64,000 nucleotides of DNA from Hyalangium minutum (GCF_000737315.1 NZ_JMCB01000014.1:186001-250000), one strand, 5' to 3'. Shown: positions 41,952 through 52,300, counted from the first letter of the stretch. Numbers and translations: made by a program. The notes: generated by a model from the sequence alone, not told the origin.

Positions 41952-42401
41952 TCACAGATGGAAGTCGCCCGCCGCCTCGGGCTGGTAGAGCACCTCCATG
42001 ATGCGGAGCCTGGCACGGCGGGCCTGGGGCAAGGGCCATTCAATGGTGTCATCCACTCGGAGGCCCAGCAGCGCCAGCCCGACCGGCGCCAGGATCGAGA
42101 CCCTCGACTGCTCCATGTCCGCTTCCTCCGGGTAGACAAGCGTCGCCTCACGACGGCGGCCTGTCTCCACGTCCTCGAAGAGGATGCGCGACCGCATGGT
42201 GACGACATCGGGCGGAATCTCGCGCTGGGACACCACGACCGCGCGGTCCAGTTCCAGCTCCAATTGCTCGGCCGCGGAGGCCCGAGAGCCCTCGAGGTAC
42301 CGCTCGACAACGGTTCGCAGCTTCGCCATGTCCTCGGCGGTGATTCGCAAGGCCGGAGAGGTGGAGGTGAAGCGGGCATCGATCTTCGCGGGTGAATTCA
42401 T
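41952..42401 (-). CDS. rnk: regulator of nucleoside diphosphate kinase (GreA/GreB family)
   Basis: ELDRA.VV....IPPDVVTMRSR, LVYPEEAD....RVSILAPVG.ALLGLRV. Confidence 0.9.
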   Translation of the reverse strand: MNSPAKIDARFTSTSPALRITAEDMAKLRTVVERYLEGSRASAAEQLELELDRAVVVSQREIPPDVVTMRSRILFEDVETGRRREATLVYPEEADMEQSRVSILAPVGLALLGLRVDDTIEWPLPQARRARLRIMEVLYQPEAAGDFHL

Positions 42402-43037
42402 GATGAACCTCGGAGCCCCGGGCGCACCACGGCGGCCAGAGGCTCTTCAGCAGAGAGGGGACGGATGAGGCGGGGTGAGCTTGCGAGCAACGAAGGCGGG
42501 GTGCGCCGTCGACGGTGGGATTAACCCGTGACCGTCGAGGCGCAGAACCCAGGGCAAGGCGTCTTGCGGACGCACCTTCCCTGAGTGCCGTGCGTCGGCA
42601 TCGATGCGCTCAGGGAAAAGGTGAATCGGGACAAGACGCCTCCAGGTACCGCCCTAAGGGTATGCGTCCTCACGTTCTTCTGCAACCTACCGATGCCGGT
42701 GCCCCAGGGGGCACGCCCTGTCGTGTCCCTCAAGCCGAGTCCCGTGGGCGAGCGCTCGCCAACACGCCTCGTCAGTGTTGCAAACATGTCAGCGCACAGA
42801 CACTGCCTTGAGACTGGGGGATCATGGGGGGAGATGCGGAGCGGATTTAGGTTTCGCCATGTTGCCGAGTAGCTCGAAAAGAGAGTTTGTGCCTGGCTGA
42901 ATAACGCTTCGGCCAACGCTTGTGATTCAAGGGCTGGCTTGTTGCCACGAGCCGCCCCAGGGCTCCTCATTGCCTGAGTCCTTGCAGGGCACTGTCGGCG
43001 CAGTACCGCAGTACGTGTTGCAGTATTGCCAATCAAT

Positions 43038-43043
43038 AGGAGG
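43038..43043 (+). promoter_or_regulatory. strong Shine-Dalgarno site of the precursor peptide gene
   Basis: AGGAGG followed by 9 nt then ATG 43053. Confidence 0.8.
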
Positions 43044-43052
43044 AAACACCCA

Positions 43053-43178
43053 ATGGATAACACCCATGAGCCGCAGACGGAGCAGGACACCCAGCCAACC
43101 GATGAGGAATTGACCGACGAGCAACTGCTGCAGATGGCCGAGGGCTCCTGCACCTGGGGCGCCAACTGCGGCAAGTAG
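43053..43178 (+). CDS. RiPP precursor peptide, 41 aa: MDNTHEPQTEQDTQPTDEELTDEQLLQMAEG-SCTWGANCGK
   Basis: Translated by hand (absent from the ORF track); strong RBS; acidic leader ending ELTDEQL..MAEG like the ELSDEELxxVxGG leaders; Ser/Thr/Cys/Trp core; first gene of a LanM operon. Confidence 0.88.
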   Translation: MDNTHEPQTEQDTQPTDEELTDEQLLQMAEGSCTWGANCGK

Positions 43179-43202
43179 TGGTGGCCCTGCTCTGAAACCT
43201 CA

Positions 43203-44270
43203 ATGAAGTCCCTCACCGACGACATGGAACTCAATCTCAACACATCGTTGAAATGGGTGGAGCCGCTGCTCCCTCCATTGCTCATGTCGCCGGTGAGCTT
43301 CTCTCGCATCCAGAGAGCCGCGCGACTGCTGCCTCGGTCCGCAGCAGATTTTCTCGGCTTCGAGTGCCGTCTGGTGGAGAGCGACTCGCAGACGGACTGT
43401 GCCCTCAATCTGACAGCGGATGGAGCTCGCTACCTGGCCGGGCGCCATGAGGTGGCGCTGCCAGAGGAGTTGCGGACGGAGAGCTGGCAGCGCGTTCAGC
43501 GCTTCTATCAAGAGTGGGGAGATACCCGGGAGCCCGCCTATGTGGACGCGGGGGCAACCTGGCTGGAGTTCGACACGGCTTCCGACGAGCTCAGGCCCAA
43601 TCTCCTCTTCGGATATTGGCCCGGCAAGAAGGAGATCCGGCGCTCCCTGCCCTGGCTGGTGCAGTCCATCATTCCCATGCTGCTGGGCATGCCGATTTCA
43701 CAGGCGCTTCAGAGCAACCTGCTTCGCTGCTTCGAACTGTGTCCGCCCGGGACGGACGACTTCCAGGTCGGGCTGATGATCGCCCGCCACATCCAGGCCG
43801 TGCGGCTGTGTGTGTTTGATATTCACCCAGACGAGGCGCCTGCCTACCTCGAGAGGGTGGGATGGAAGGGCCCGATGGATGAGGTCCGCCGGACCTTGGA
43901 GGTGCTCGCGCCGCACGCCGACTTCATGGGGCTGCATCTGGACGTGGGAGAACAGCTCTATCCCCAGATCGGGATCGAGCCGGGCTTCGTCGCGGGCCCT
44001 TGGGCTCGCCAGCCTCACCTGGAGCCTCGCTGGCATCACCAGTTCGAGCAATTGGTGAACATGGGCCTGTGTACGCCCTCCAAGCGCGACGCCTTGCTGG
44101 GCTGGGTCGGCCATCAGCGATACCCGGCGGACTCGAAGGATGGAGGGCTGGTGCTGCTGCGGGGGCTGAGCCACCTGAAGATCGTTCTGCGAACGGGCGC
44201 CCCTGCCCTGGCGAAGGCCTACTTCGGTATTGCCGACCGGCCCCTGAAGGCTGGGAATGGAGTGGCTTGA
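43203..44270 (+). CDS. putative (ABBA/DMATS-like) peptide prenyltransferase
   Basis: GFECRL, WLEFD and C-terminal GLSHLKIV...AKAYFG pattern; context with a terpene cyclase and polyprenyl synthase; fold not verified. Confidence 0.5.
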   Translation: MKSLTDDMELNLNTSLKWVEPLLPPLLMSPVSFSRIQRAARLLPRSAADFLGFECRLVESDSQTDCALNLTADGARYLAGRHEVALPEELRTESWQRVQRFYQEWGDTREPAYVDAGATWLEFDTASDELRPNLLFGYWPGKKEIRRSLPWLVQSIIPMLLGMPISQALQSNLLRCFELCPPGTDDFQVGLMIARHIQAVRLCVFDIHPDEAPAYLERVGWKGPMDEVRRTLEVLAPHADFMGLHLDVGEQLYPQIGIEPGFVAGPWARQPHLEPRWHHQFEQLVNMGLCTPSKRDALLGWVGHQRYPADSKDGGLVLLRGLSHLKIVLRTGAPALAKAYFGIADRPLKAGNGVA

Positions 44271-44273
44271 GCC

Positions 44274-45329
44274 ATGGATGCAGCCATTGCCGCGGCGCTG
44301 GACTTCCTGTTGAAGGCGCAGGACGCACGAGGAGCGTGGAAGGACTTCATGCTCCCGGCCACCCAGAGCGACGTCTGGGTCAGCGGCTTCGTAGGGGAGG
44401 TGCTGGCCGGCCTGGCCGAGCCCGAGGCGCGGCGGGCCGCAGAGGCCGCCTGGCGGTACCTCGAGGACGTGGGAGTGCCGGGGGGAGGTTGGAGCTACAA
44501 CACCCGGGTCCCAGGAGATGCCGACAGCACGCTCTGGGGACTGAGGCTGGCGGGGGCGCTGGGGTTCGGAGACGCTGCTCGAGCGAAGGCTGCGAGGGAC
44601 TTCCTGGAGCGCCACCTGCGCGAGGACGGCGGCATGGCGACCTATGCGTCGGCCGAGTCCGTGCGGGATTACATCGGGTTGCCGCCGGAGGTCTCCTTCC
44701 AAGGGTGGACGGGTTCCCATGTGTGCGTGAGCGCCGCAGGCGCCAACCTCCCCGCCTACCGCGAGCGGCTGTGTGCGTACCTGCTGCGGACTCAGGATGA
44801 GCACGGGGCCTGGCCCGCCTATTGGTGGTTCGACGAGGAGTACGCCACCGCCGAGGCCGTGGCGGCCTTGGCGGCAGCCCATGAGGCCTTAGTGCCTGCG
44901 TCCGAGAGACTCTCCCGGATCGAGCGGGCCGCGCAGTGGGCGCTGGGGCGTGTGGCTCGCCACCTGGAGTCCGTAGACACGCGGCCTCCGTCGTTCGCGC
45001 TGGCGCTGGCGCTGCGGGTGCTGACTCGCGCCAAGCCCTCACCGCAGCGGCAGGAGGCCCTCGCCCGGGGCGTGTCCCAGCTCTGCGCCTGGCAGAAGCC
45101 TCAGGGCGACTGGTCTCCTTCTGCCCGGTTGCGAGTGCCACGTCCGGACGTGGTGACGCCGGAGTCGAAGGCTCCTTGGACGCTCTGGAAGGGGCTGCCT
45201 CCCGGAGTCGCCTCGGCCGAAGACATCTTGCGCCACACCTTCACCAACTACTCCCTGGATCATTACGCCGTGTACACGACAGGGACCGTGCTTCGCGCCC
45301 TGAACGAGGTGCGCGTGCTCCAGGGATGA
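44274..45329 (+). CDS. monodomain class II terpene cyclase (prenyltransferase/squalene oxidase repeat)
   Basis: QW-type repeats QDARGAW, QDEHGAW, QKPQGDW; DADST acid motif; 351 aa, i.e. a single (alpha/alpha)6 domain. Confidence 0.75.
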   Translation: MDAAIAAALDFLLKAQDARGAWKDFMLPATQSDVWVSGFVGEVLAGLAEPEARRAAEAAWRYLEDVGVPGGGWSYNTRVPGDADSTLWGLRLAGALGFGDAARAKAARDFLERHLREDGGMATYASAESVRDYIGLPPEVSFQGWTGSHVCVSAAGANLPAYRERLCAYLLRTQDEHGAWPAYWWFDEEYATAEAVAALAAAHEALVPASERLSRIERAAQWALGRVARHLESVDTRPPSFALALALRVLTRAKPSPQRQEALARGVSQLCAWQKPQGDWSPSARLRVPRPDVVTPESKAPWTLWKGLPPGVASAEDILRHTFTNYSLDHYAVYTTGTVLRALNEVRVLQG

Positions 45330-45353
45330 GCTGGACACGAGAAAGGGGGGACC

Positions 45354-46163
45354 ATGACGGGACTGCCGAAACTCCATGCAACCCAGCCGCTGGCCGAAGC
45401 CCATGCGGAAGCGCTGCGCGCTGCGGGCCACGTGCTGCTTCGAGGCGTCTTCTCTCCCGAGGAGATCGCCGCCTACCGCCCCGCGCTGCGGGACTACATC
45501 CTGGAGAAGCGGGAGCGGCTCTCCGCGGGGGAGCGCAACCTGGGTGCGAGCCCGGAGAACACGATCTTCAGCCTCGGGGATGCCCCCCAAGCCGTGGCCG
45601 ACTTCGTGACGGCGCCACGTCTGGGCGAGCTCACCGCCCGGTTGCTCGGCGTCGAGGCCGTGCGGATCCTCCACTTCTGCGGCTTCTTCAAGCCCGGGGG
45701 AGGCCCGCCCACGCCATGGCACCAGGACCTGAGCTTCATCCCGTTGGACAGTGATCGGACGATCTCCGCCTGGATCCCGCTGATGGACGTCACGCCGGAG
45801 ATGGGAAGCCTGGTCTTCGCCGAGGGTTCTCATCAGCAAGGCTATCAAGAGCCCTCCGCCGCGCACCGCTTCTGCCTGGCGCGCAACGGGGCGATGAAGG
45901 CCGGAGACGTATCGCTCCACATGGGGTGGACCCTGCATGCCGCCGGGAGGAATGAGAGCGCGAGGATGCGAGAGGCGATCGCCGTGTGTTTCTACGCGGA
46001 CGGCGCACGGGTGACTTGCGGGGAAGGATTGCCGTTCCGCCGCAGCTTGATGACGTCCTACTTCGCCGGGCTCCGCCCGGGAGACGTGGCCGCAGGTCCC
46101 ATGAACCCCGTGGTCTTCCGGCGAAGCGGCCCGCCGGCTGGCTTGGAAGGAGCGCATCCGTGA
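45354..46163 (+). CDS. PhyH-family Fe(II)/2OG dioxygenase
   Basis: KPGGG..TPWHQD, AWIPL, GSH, distal H (TLHAAG.N.S...R). Confidence 0.9.
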   Translation: MTGLPKLHATQPLAEAHAEALRAAGHVLLRGVFSPEEIAAYRPALRDYILEKRERLSAGERNLGASPENTIFSLGDAPQAVADFVTAPRLGELTARLLGVEAVRILHFCGFFKPGGGPPTPWHQDLSFIPLDSDRTISAWIPLMDVTPEMGSLVFAEGSHQQGYQEPSAAHRFCLARNGAMKAGDVSLHMGWTLHAAGRNESARMREAIAVCFYADGARVTCGEGLPFRRSLMTSYFAGLRPGDVAAGPMNPVVFRRSGPPAGLEGAHP

Positions 46164-47062
46164 CTGCACATGGTCCCCTTCCCTCCCTCGAGGAGAAGTA
46201 TGAGCTGCCGGAGGAACAGCTCGAGACGTTCCGCCGTGACGGACACGTCAAGCTGCGCGGCGTCCTGTCTCCCGCGGAGCTCGAGACATACCGCCCACAC
46301 CTGAAGCGCGTGGTGGAGTCGCACAGCGCGGAGACGCACGCCATGGAGCGCAAAGTGGCGGGCCACGGGAAGAACTGGATGTTCGTCAACAACCTGTGGA
46401 CGCAGGATGACATCACTCGCCACTTCATCCAGAGCCGGCGCCTGGCACGGCTCGCGGCGGAGCTGCTGGGGGTGGAGGGCGTCCGGCTGTTCCGGGATCA
46501 GTCGTACTTCAAGGGTCCCGGTGGCTCCAATACGCCCTGGCACCAGGACTCCCGCTTCATGCCGCTCGATACGGACAAGATCATCACCTTCTGGGTGCCG
46601 CTCACCGCCATCACCCCAGCCATGGCGCCCATGGGCTACGTGACAGGCTCTCATCAGGCCGGGTACCTGGGCACCTCGAACGGGGACGATGCATCGATGG
46701 ACCGCTTCGAGGAGGAGCTCAGCGGCAAGGGCTTCCAGATCGCCAACTACGGCTCCTTCGACGCCGGCGATATCGCGGCGCACTGGGCCAGCACGCTGCA
46801 CTCCTCGCGCACCAACACCGCGCCCATCCTTCGGGAGATCATCGTCATCGTCTATTTCGCCGATGGGGCGCGCGTCGCGCCGGAGAAGCCCCTAGAGAAG
46901 CTGGCTCCACCGTCGGAGTTCTACGCCAACATCATCCAACGAGAGAACCGGACCACCTCCTTGCCCGGGCTGAAGCCGGGAGCGCTGGCTGCCGGGCCGA
47001 TGACTCCTCTCGTCTACAGCCGCTCGTGGGATGAGCACGACGCAAGGAGCCCCATCCCATGA
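46160..47062 (+). CDS. PhyH-family Fe(II)/2OG dioxygenase (second copy)
   Basis: TPWHQD, FWVPL, GSH, TLHSS..N....R; GTG 46160 overlaps the upstream TGA. Confidence 0.9.
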   Translation: MTAHGPLPSLEEKYELPEEQLETFRRDGHVKLRGVLSPAELETYRPHLKRVVESHSAETHAMERKVAGHGKNWMFVNNLWTQDDITRHFIQSRRLARLAAELLGVEGVRLFRDQSYFKGPGGSNTPWHQDSRFMPLDTDKIITFWVPLTAITPAMAPMGYVTGSHQAGYLGTSNGDDASMDRFEEELSGKGFQIANYGSFDAGDIAAHWASTLHSSRTNTAPILREIIVIVYFADGARVAPEKPLEKLAPPSEFYANIIQRENRTTSLPGLKPGALAAGPMTPLVYSRSWDEHDARSPIP

Positions 47063-48249
47063 GCGCGGCGGAAGAACTCGGCCTCGAGGATCTGCTGGCT
47101 CCCGTCGCCCCTGAGGTCTTCTTTCGTGAGTACTGGGAGCAGAAGCCGCTGGTGACACGGGGGAGGACGGAGGACTTCTTCGCGCCCTTGTTCACCCTCC
47201 GGGACGTGGATCGGGTGATCTGCTACCAGAAGCCGGGGCCCGGGCGGTTGGATCTGGTGACGGCGGGAGGTTTCGTCCGCGACAACTTCCTCAACCTCGA
47301 CAACACCGCCAACATCAACCTCGTCTACGAGAACTATCTGAAGGGCAGCACGGTCATCCTCAGTGGTCTCGAGGAGACGTGGGAGCCGCTGGTGGTGTTC
47401 TGCCGGAAGTTGGAGGGGCAAATCAGCCACCCGGTCGCCGTGGCCGTCTACCTGACGCCACCCCATCACCATGGCGTGCAGCCTCACTTCGACACCCAGG
47501 AGAACTTCATCCTTCAGGTGGATGGGGTGAAGAACTGGAAGGTGTATGGGGCCGCGCAGGAGTTGCCGCGCGTCGAGGGCTCCTACACGCCCGTGCCCCG
47601 GGAGCGGCTCCCCGAGCTGCTGCTGGAGACGGAGCTGCACCCAGGAGACATGCTCTACGTACCTCGGGGCTTCGTGCACGAGGCGGAGGCGCGGGACAGC
47701 GCCTCGCTGCACATCACCGTGGATGTGCATGTGCGCACCTGGCGCGACTTCCTGGAGGACGCGCTGGCGGCCATGGCGGACCGTCACCCTCCGTTCCGCA
47801 GGTCCCTGCCTCCGGGGCTCCTGAACGGCTCGCTCGCGGTGGCCACGCTCGAGGAGAAGTTCCGGGAGTTGGTGGAGCTCATGCACCGCGAGGTGCGGCT
47901 CGCGGATGCACTGGGAAAGCATGCCGAGAAGCTGATCGTCTCCAAGCCGCCGCCGCCGGACGGGCACTTCGCCCTGCTGCACGCGGAGATCGGCCTGGAC
48001 ACGCCGCTGAGGAAACGGACCGCGATGCTGACTCGGCGCTTCCAGGAGGCAGCGGGGGCGGGCATCCAGTTCTCCGGCAACCAGCTCCGAGGCCCCGCGA
48101 AGATCGCTGAGGCACTGCGGTACATCGATGAGACCGAGTTCGTGGTGCCGTCTCAGCTCCCAGGGGGGCTGAGCGACAACGAGAAGCTGGTGCTCGTACG
48201 GCGGCTGGTGCGGGTGGGGCTCCTGACGCACGCTTCGGAGCGGACATGA
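47059..48249 (+). CDS. JmjC/cupin-4 (ribosomal-oxygenase-like) hydroxylase
   Basis: PHFD, FILQVDGVKNW, PGDMLYVPRGFVHEA; C-terminal winged-helix-like segment. Confidence 0.9.
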   Translation: MSAAEELGLEDLLAPVAPEVFFREYWEQKPLVTRGRTEDFFAPLFTLRDVDRVICYQKPGPGRLDLVTAGGFVRDNFLNLDNTANINLVYENYLKGSTVILSGLEETWEPLVVFCRKLEGQISHPVAVAVYLTPPHHHGVQPHFDTQENFILQVDGVKNWKVYGAAQELPRVEGSYTPVPRERLPELLLETELHPGDMLYVPRGFVHEAEARDSASLHITVDVHVRTWRDFLEDALAAMADRHPPFRRSLPPGLLNGSLAVATLEEKFRELVELMHREVRLADALGKHAEKLIVSKPPPPDGHFALLHAEIGLDTPLRKRTAMLTRRFQEAAGAGIQFSGNQLRGPAKIAEALRYIDETEFVVPSQLPGGLSDNEKLVLVRRLVRVGLLTHASERT

Positions 48250-49397
48250 GTCTGGCGAGACTGCTCCATCCCCTCGCGCCATCGGTCTTCTTCGAGGGGG
48301 CCTGGGAGCGCAAGCCCCTGGTGCTCCCTGGGCCGTCTGAGCGCTGGTCCGGACTCTTCTCCTCCCGCGATCTCGGCCGCCTGCTGGCCTATCAGCCGCC
48401 CCGGGCCATCGAGGGAATGATGCTCGTCAAGGAGGGCCGCCACTGGGATGAGAACTGGCTGAAGCCGGACGGCTCGCCACGCCTGGAGCAGGTGCAGGCC
48501 GGATGGCGCGAGGGCTACACGATCATCATCAACAAGGTGGGTCAGTTCTGGGAGCCGGTGGGCCGGTTCTGCGCCGCGGTGGAGGAGGAGCTGCACCACC
48601 CCGTGGGTGGCAACCTCTACATGACCCCCTCTGGGGCGCAGGGCTTCAAGGCCCACTTCGACATCATGGATGCCTTCGTCCTGCAGGTCGAAGGTTCCAA
48701 GGTGTGGCAGGTGCGCGGCCCACAGCTCAGGCTTCCCTTGCCGGACGAGCACGCCGCGACCTCGCCCGAGTCCCTGCCTCCCGTCATCCTGGAGCACGAG
48801 CTGAAGAGCGGAGAGGTGCTCTACATCCCCCGTGGCTTCGTCCACGAGGCCCGGACGGCGCGAACGCACTCGGTGCACCTCACCCTCGGGTTGCAGGCCG
48901 TCACCTGGAGCGATCTGTTCACAGCGGCCCTCACCGCCGCCCGGCAAGATGAGCGGTTCCGCAAGGGGCTGCCTCTTCGCTTCCTGGAGGGCTCCGCCAT
49001 GATGGAGCAGACCTTCCGGGAGCTGCTTGCGGAGCTGCCACGGTACCTGGAGTTGGGTCCTGCGCTCACCCAGCTCGCCGAGCGGCTCGTCGTCCAGAAG
49101 CCACCGCCACCCGCCGAGGATCTGCTCGAGGGGTCCGTGGAAGTGGAGGCCAGCGCCGTGCTCGCGCGGCGCCCAGGTGTGGTGCTGCGTGTCATGGAGG
49201 GCCCCGGATATGCGGGCCTGCAGTACTCTGGAGGCAAGTTCATGGGGCCCGCCAAGATTGGCCCCGCGCTGCGGCACGTTGCCCGCAACTCCGTCCTCCC
49301 CGTTCGGTCGCTGCCGGGCCTGAGTGAAAAGGAGCAGCTCGTTCTTGCGGGGCGGCTGGTCCGCAGCGGGGTGCTCGCTGTGCGGGAGGCCTCATGA
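48246..49397 (+). CDS. JmjC/cupin-4 hydroxylase (second copy)
   Basis: AHFD, FVLQVEGSKVW, GEVLYIPRGFVHEA. Confidence 0.9.
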   Translation: MSLARLLHPLAPSVFFEGAWERKPLVLPGPSERWSGLFSSRDLGRLLAYQPPRAIEGMMLVKEGRHWDENWLKPDGSPRLEQVQAGWREGYTIIINKVGQFWEPVGRFCAAVEEELHHPVGGNLYMTPSGAQGFKAHFDIMDAFVLQVEGSKVWQVRGPQLRLPLPDEHAATSPESLPPVILEHELKSGEVLYIPRGFVHEARTARTHSVHLTLGLQAVTWSDLFTAALTAARQDERFRKGLPLRFLEGSAMMEQTFRELLAELPRYLELGPALTQLAERLVVQKPPPPAEDLLEGSVEVEASAVLARRPGVVLRVMEGPGYAGLQYSGGKFMGPAKIGPALRHVARNSVLPVRSLPGLSEKEQLVLAGRLVRSGVLAVREAS

Positions 49398-52300
49398 GCC
49401 AGGAGCGCCTGGCGGAGGAAGAGGCCGTGCGCCGGATTGCGGCGCGCGCCTCGACACTCTGGGATCGCCTGGAGGGCGCCTTCGTTCCGGAGGAGGGTCC
49501 TGAGAGTGCACAGCTTGCGAGCGAGCGTCTCGCGAAGTGGCGCGCCAAGGCCGCTGGAGGCGACGAGCGGCTCTTCCAGAAGCGGCTCGAATGGCTTGGC
49601 ACCTCGCCGCAGAAGGTGCGGCCCCTCCTCGGCGATGTCCGGCTCGATGGGCCGATCCCTGCCTGGACGCGGACGTTCCAGCGGGCCATGGCGCTCCGGC
49701 GCCCGGCGGGCCCAGGAGGACAAGCTGCCCCGTTTCCCTTCGGCGAGCTGATGCTCCCTTTCGTGGAGGCAGGGAAAGAGCTGCTGGCGCCCGAGTGCCG
49801 CGCCGTGTTCACGGCGGAGGCCTTCGATCACCTGTTGGAGGATCTGGTCCACGAGCTGAGCTATGTCGCGGCACCGACCCTGCTGGCGGAGTTCACGAGC
49901 TTCCGCTCACGGCAGGGAGGCGGCGCGGAGCCCACCTCCCGCAGGCTGTACGAGGCATTCACGGCCCATCAGCTCGGGGAGGGCCTGTGGCAGCTCTTCT
50001 CCGACGCCTCTGTGCTCGCGCGGCTTCTCTCGACTGTCACCGAGCAGTGGGCTCGCCACGTCAGCGAGATTGCCCGGGCTGTGAAAGCGGATCAGCGGGA
50101 GCTGCAGCGGGTCTTCACCTCCGGAGCGCCGCTGGGGCGGATCACTTCCATCCAGCCCTCGCTCTCGGATCGGCACCAGGGTGGACGCACCGTCGCTCGC
50201 GTCACGTGCGGAGGAGGGTTGCAGCTCTTCTACAAGCCTCGCGGCCTGGGCGTGGAAGATGCGTGGTACGGCCTGCTCGAGGAGCTGAATGCACGCGGGG
50301 GAGACTTCCGCCGCCTACGGGTGCTCGACCGGGGAGATCGGAGCTGGGTGGAGCCGGCCCTCCACGCGCCATGCGCCAACACCCTGGAGGCCCGGCAGTT
50401 CTACGTCCGCGCGGGGATGCTGCTGAGCCTCTTCTACGTGCTCGAGGCCTCGGATTGCTTCTACGAGAACATCATCGCCGCCGGCGCCTTTCCCGTCCTC
50501 ATCGACACGGAGACGTTGATGCACCACGTCCCCCACCGGAGCCAGGACGGCGCCTTCCATTCCGTGATCCATGCGGGCTTTCTGCCCTCGTGGGACGTGG
50601 GGCCTCGTGGTGAGTGTTTCGACATCAGCGGACTGGGCGCCACCGCAGGCCAGGTGACTGGCTACCTGCGACGGCAGTGGCGGCACGTCAACACCGATGC
50701 CATGGCGCTGGAGCATGTGCCCATCCAGGTAGAGACGGACGAACACCTGCCCAAGCTGAACGGCGTCTCCCTGAGGGCGGCTGACTACACCGGGGAACTC
50801 ATCGAGGGCTTCTCGATGATGTACCGCCTGCTGCGCAAGCACCGGGAGGAACTGGCCCGGCCCGAGTCCCCGCTCGCGCGCCTGGGCACTCAGGATATCC
50901 GCTTCATCTTCCATGCCTCCCGCTTCTATGGGCTGCTGCTGAAGCGGTTGTGCTCCCCGCAGCACATGAAGACCGGCGTGGAGCGGAGCATCGAGACGGA
51001 CATCCTCAGCCGCTTCTATGTGGAGTCGCCGGAGAAGTCCCACTACGTGCCTCTGCTCGCGGCGGAGTTGGAGGCGCTCGAACGGCTGGACATTCCCTGC
51101 TTCAAGGCGCGTGCAGACAGCCACGCGCTCACGCTGCCCACGGGACAGGTGCTGCCCGAGGCCTTCGAACAGAGCGGCAGCGAGCGCGTGTGGCGCAAGC
51201 TCTCTGCACTGGATGAGGCGGATCTGGAGCTGCAGATGCGCTTCATCCATGGCTCGCTGAGCATGGCCAATCCCCCCCAGGGGGCCAAGACCGGTGCACG
51301 GCCCAGGCACGCGGCGGCCTCTCAGGAGACGGGGCCTTTGACGCGCGAGGAGCTTGCCGCCGAAGCCTCCTCCATCGGCGCCACGCTGCAAGAGCGGGCC
51401 CTCTTCGCGCCGGTGCGCATGGATCTGTACGGCGGGCTGGGGGGCATCGCTCTGTTCTACGCGGCCCTGGAGCACGTATCCGGGCAGGGCCGCCGGATGG
51501 CCCTCGCGGCTCTGTCCTCGCTGAGGCGGTTCGTGGCCACGGAGGACGCCCGGCGCGCGGCCCAGGAAGGCTACCCCTTGGGAGCGGCCACGGGGGTGGG
51601 GTCCTTCCTCTACGTGCTGTGCCGCTCCGCCACCCTGCTGGGTGAGCCCTCCTTGCTCGAGGATGCCACGCGGGCCGCAGGCCTCATCGCCCCGGAGGTG
51701 ATCGAGGCCGACAGCGCGTTCGATGTCATGTCAGGAGTGGCGGGCGCCATCCTTGGGCTGATGACCCTGCACCAAGCGACGGGAGCGGCAGGGGCACTCG
51801 AGAAGGCCTTGCACTGTGGGGAACACCTGCTGAAGCACCAGCTCCCCTGCGAGCCGGCGGGGGCCTCGTGGCGCACAAGGAAGGGCCGACCCCTGACCGG
51901 ATTGGCGCATGGGGCGGCGGGGATCGCCCTCGCGCTGCTGCGCCTCCATGCCGCAGTGGGGGATGCGCGGCTGCGTCAAGCGGCTGAGCAGGCATTGGCC
52001 TTCGAAGATGCCGTCTTCGTCCCCTCCGAGGGGAACTGGCCCGACTTCCGGCAGGCCCACGAGGGAACTCCCGCCTTCATGAGCGCGTGGTGTCACGGGG
52101 CGCCGGGCATTGGCCTGGCGCGCATCTCGGGACAGGCCTTGCTGGACTCGCCGCGAGTCCGACGAGACATCGAGGCTGCTGTCTCGTCCGTGAGGCAACA
52201 GGGGCTGGCGGACAAGGATGGGCTGTGCTGCGGACAGACAGGGAGAATCGAACTCCTCCTGGCCGCCGCGAGGGTGAGCGGAGATAGAGGGCTCGAGGAG

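Noticed and set aside
42402-43052. Search for a sigma54 -24/-12 promoter for the RiPP operon
   Set aside because: No GG-N10-GC match with consensus flanks was found by eye.
42927-43124. Antisense 65-aa ORF with a Cys-containing stretch (YCNTYCGTAPTVPC) that looks like a second precursor
   Set aside because: It overlaps the real precursor and its RBS on the opposite strand, has no leader motif or RBS, and points away from the enzymes.
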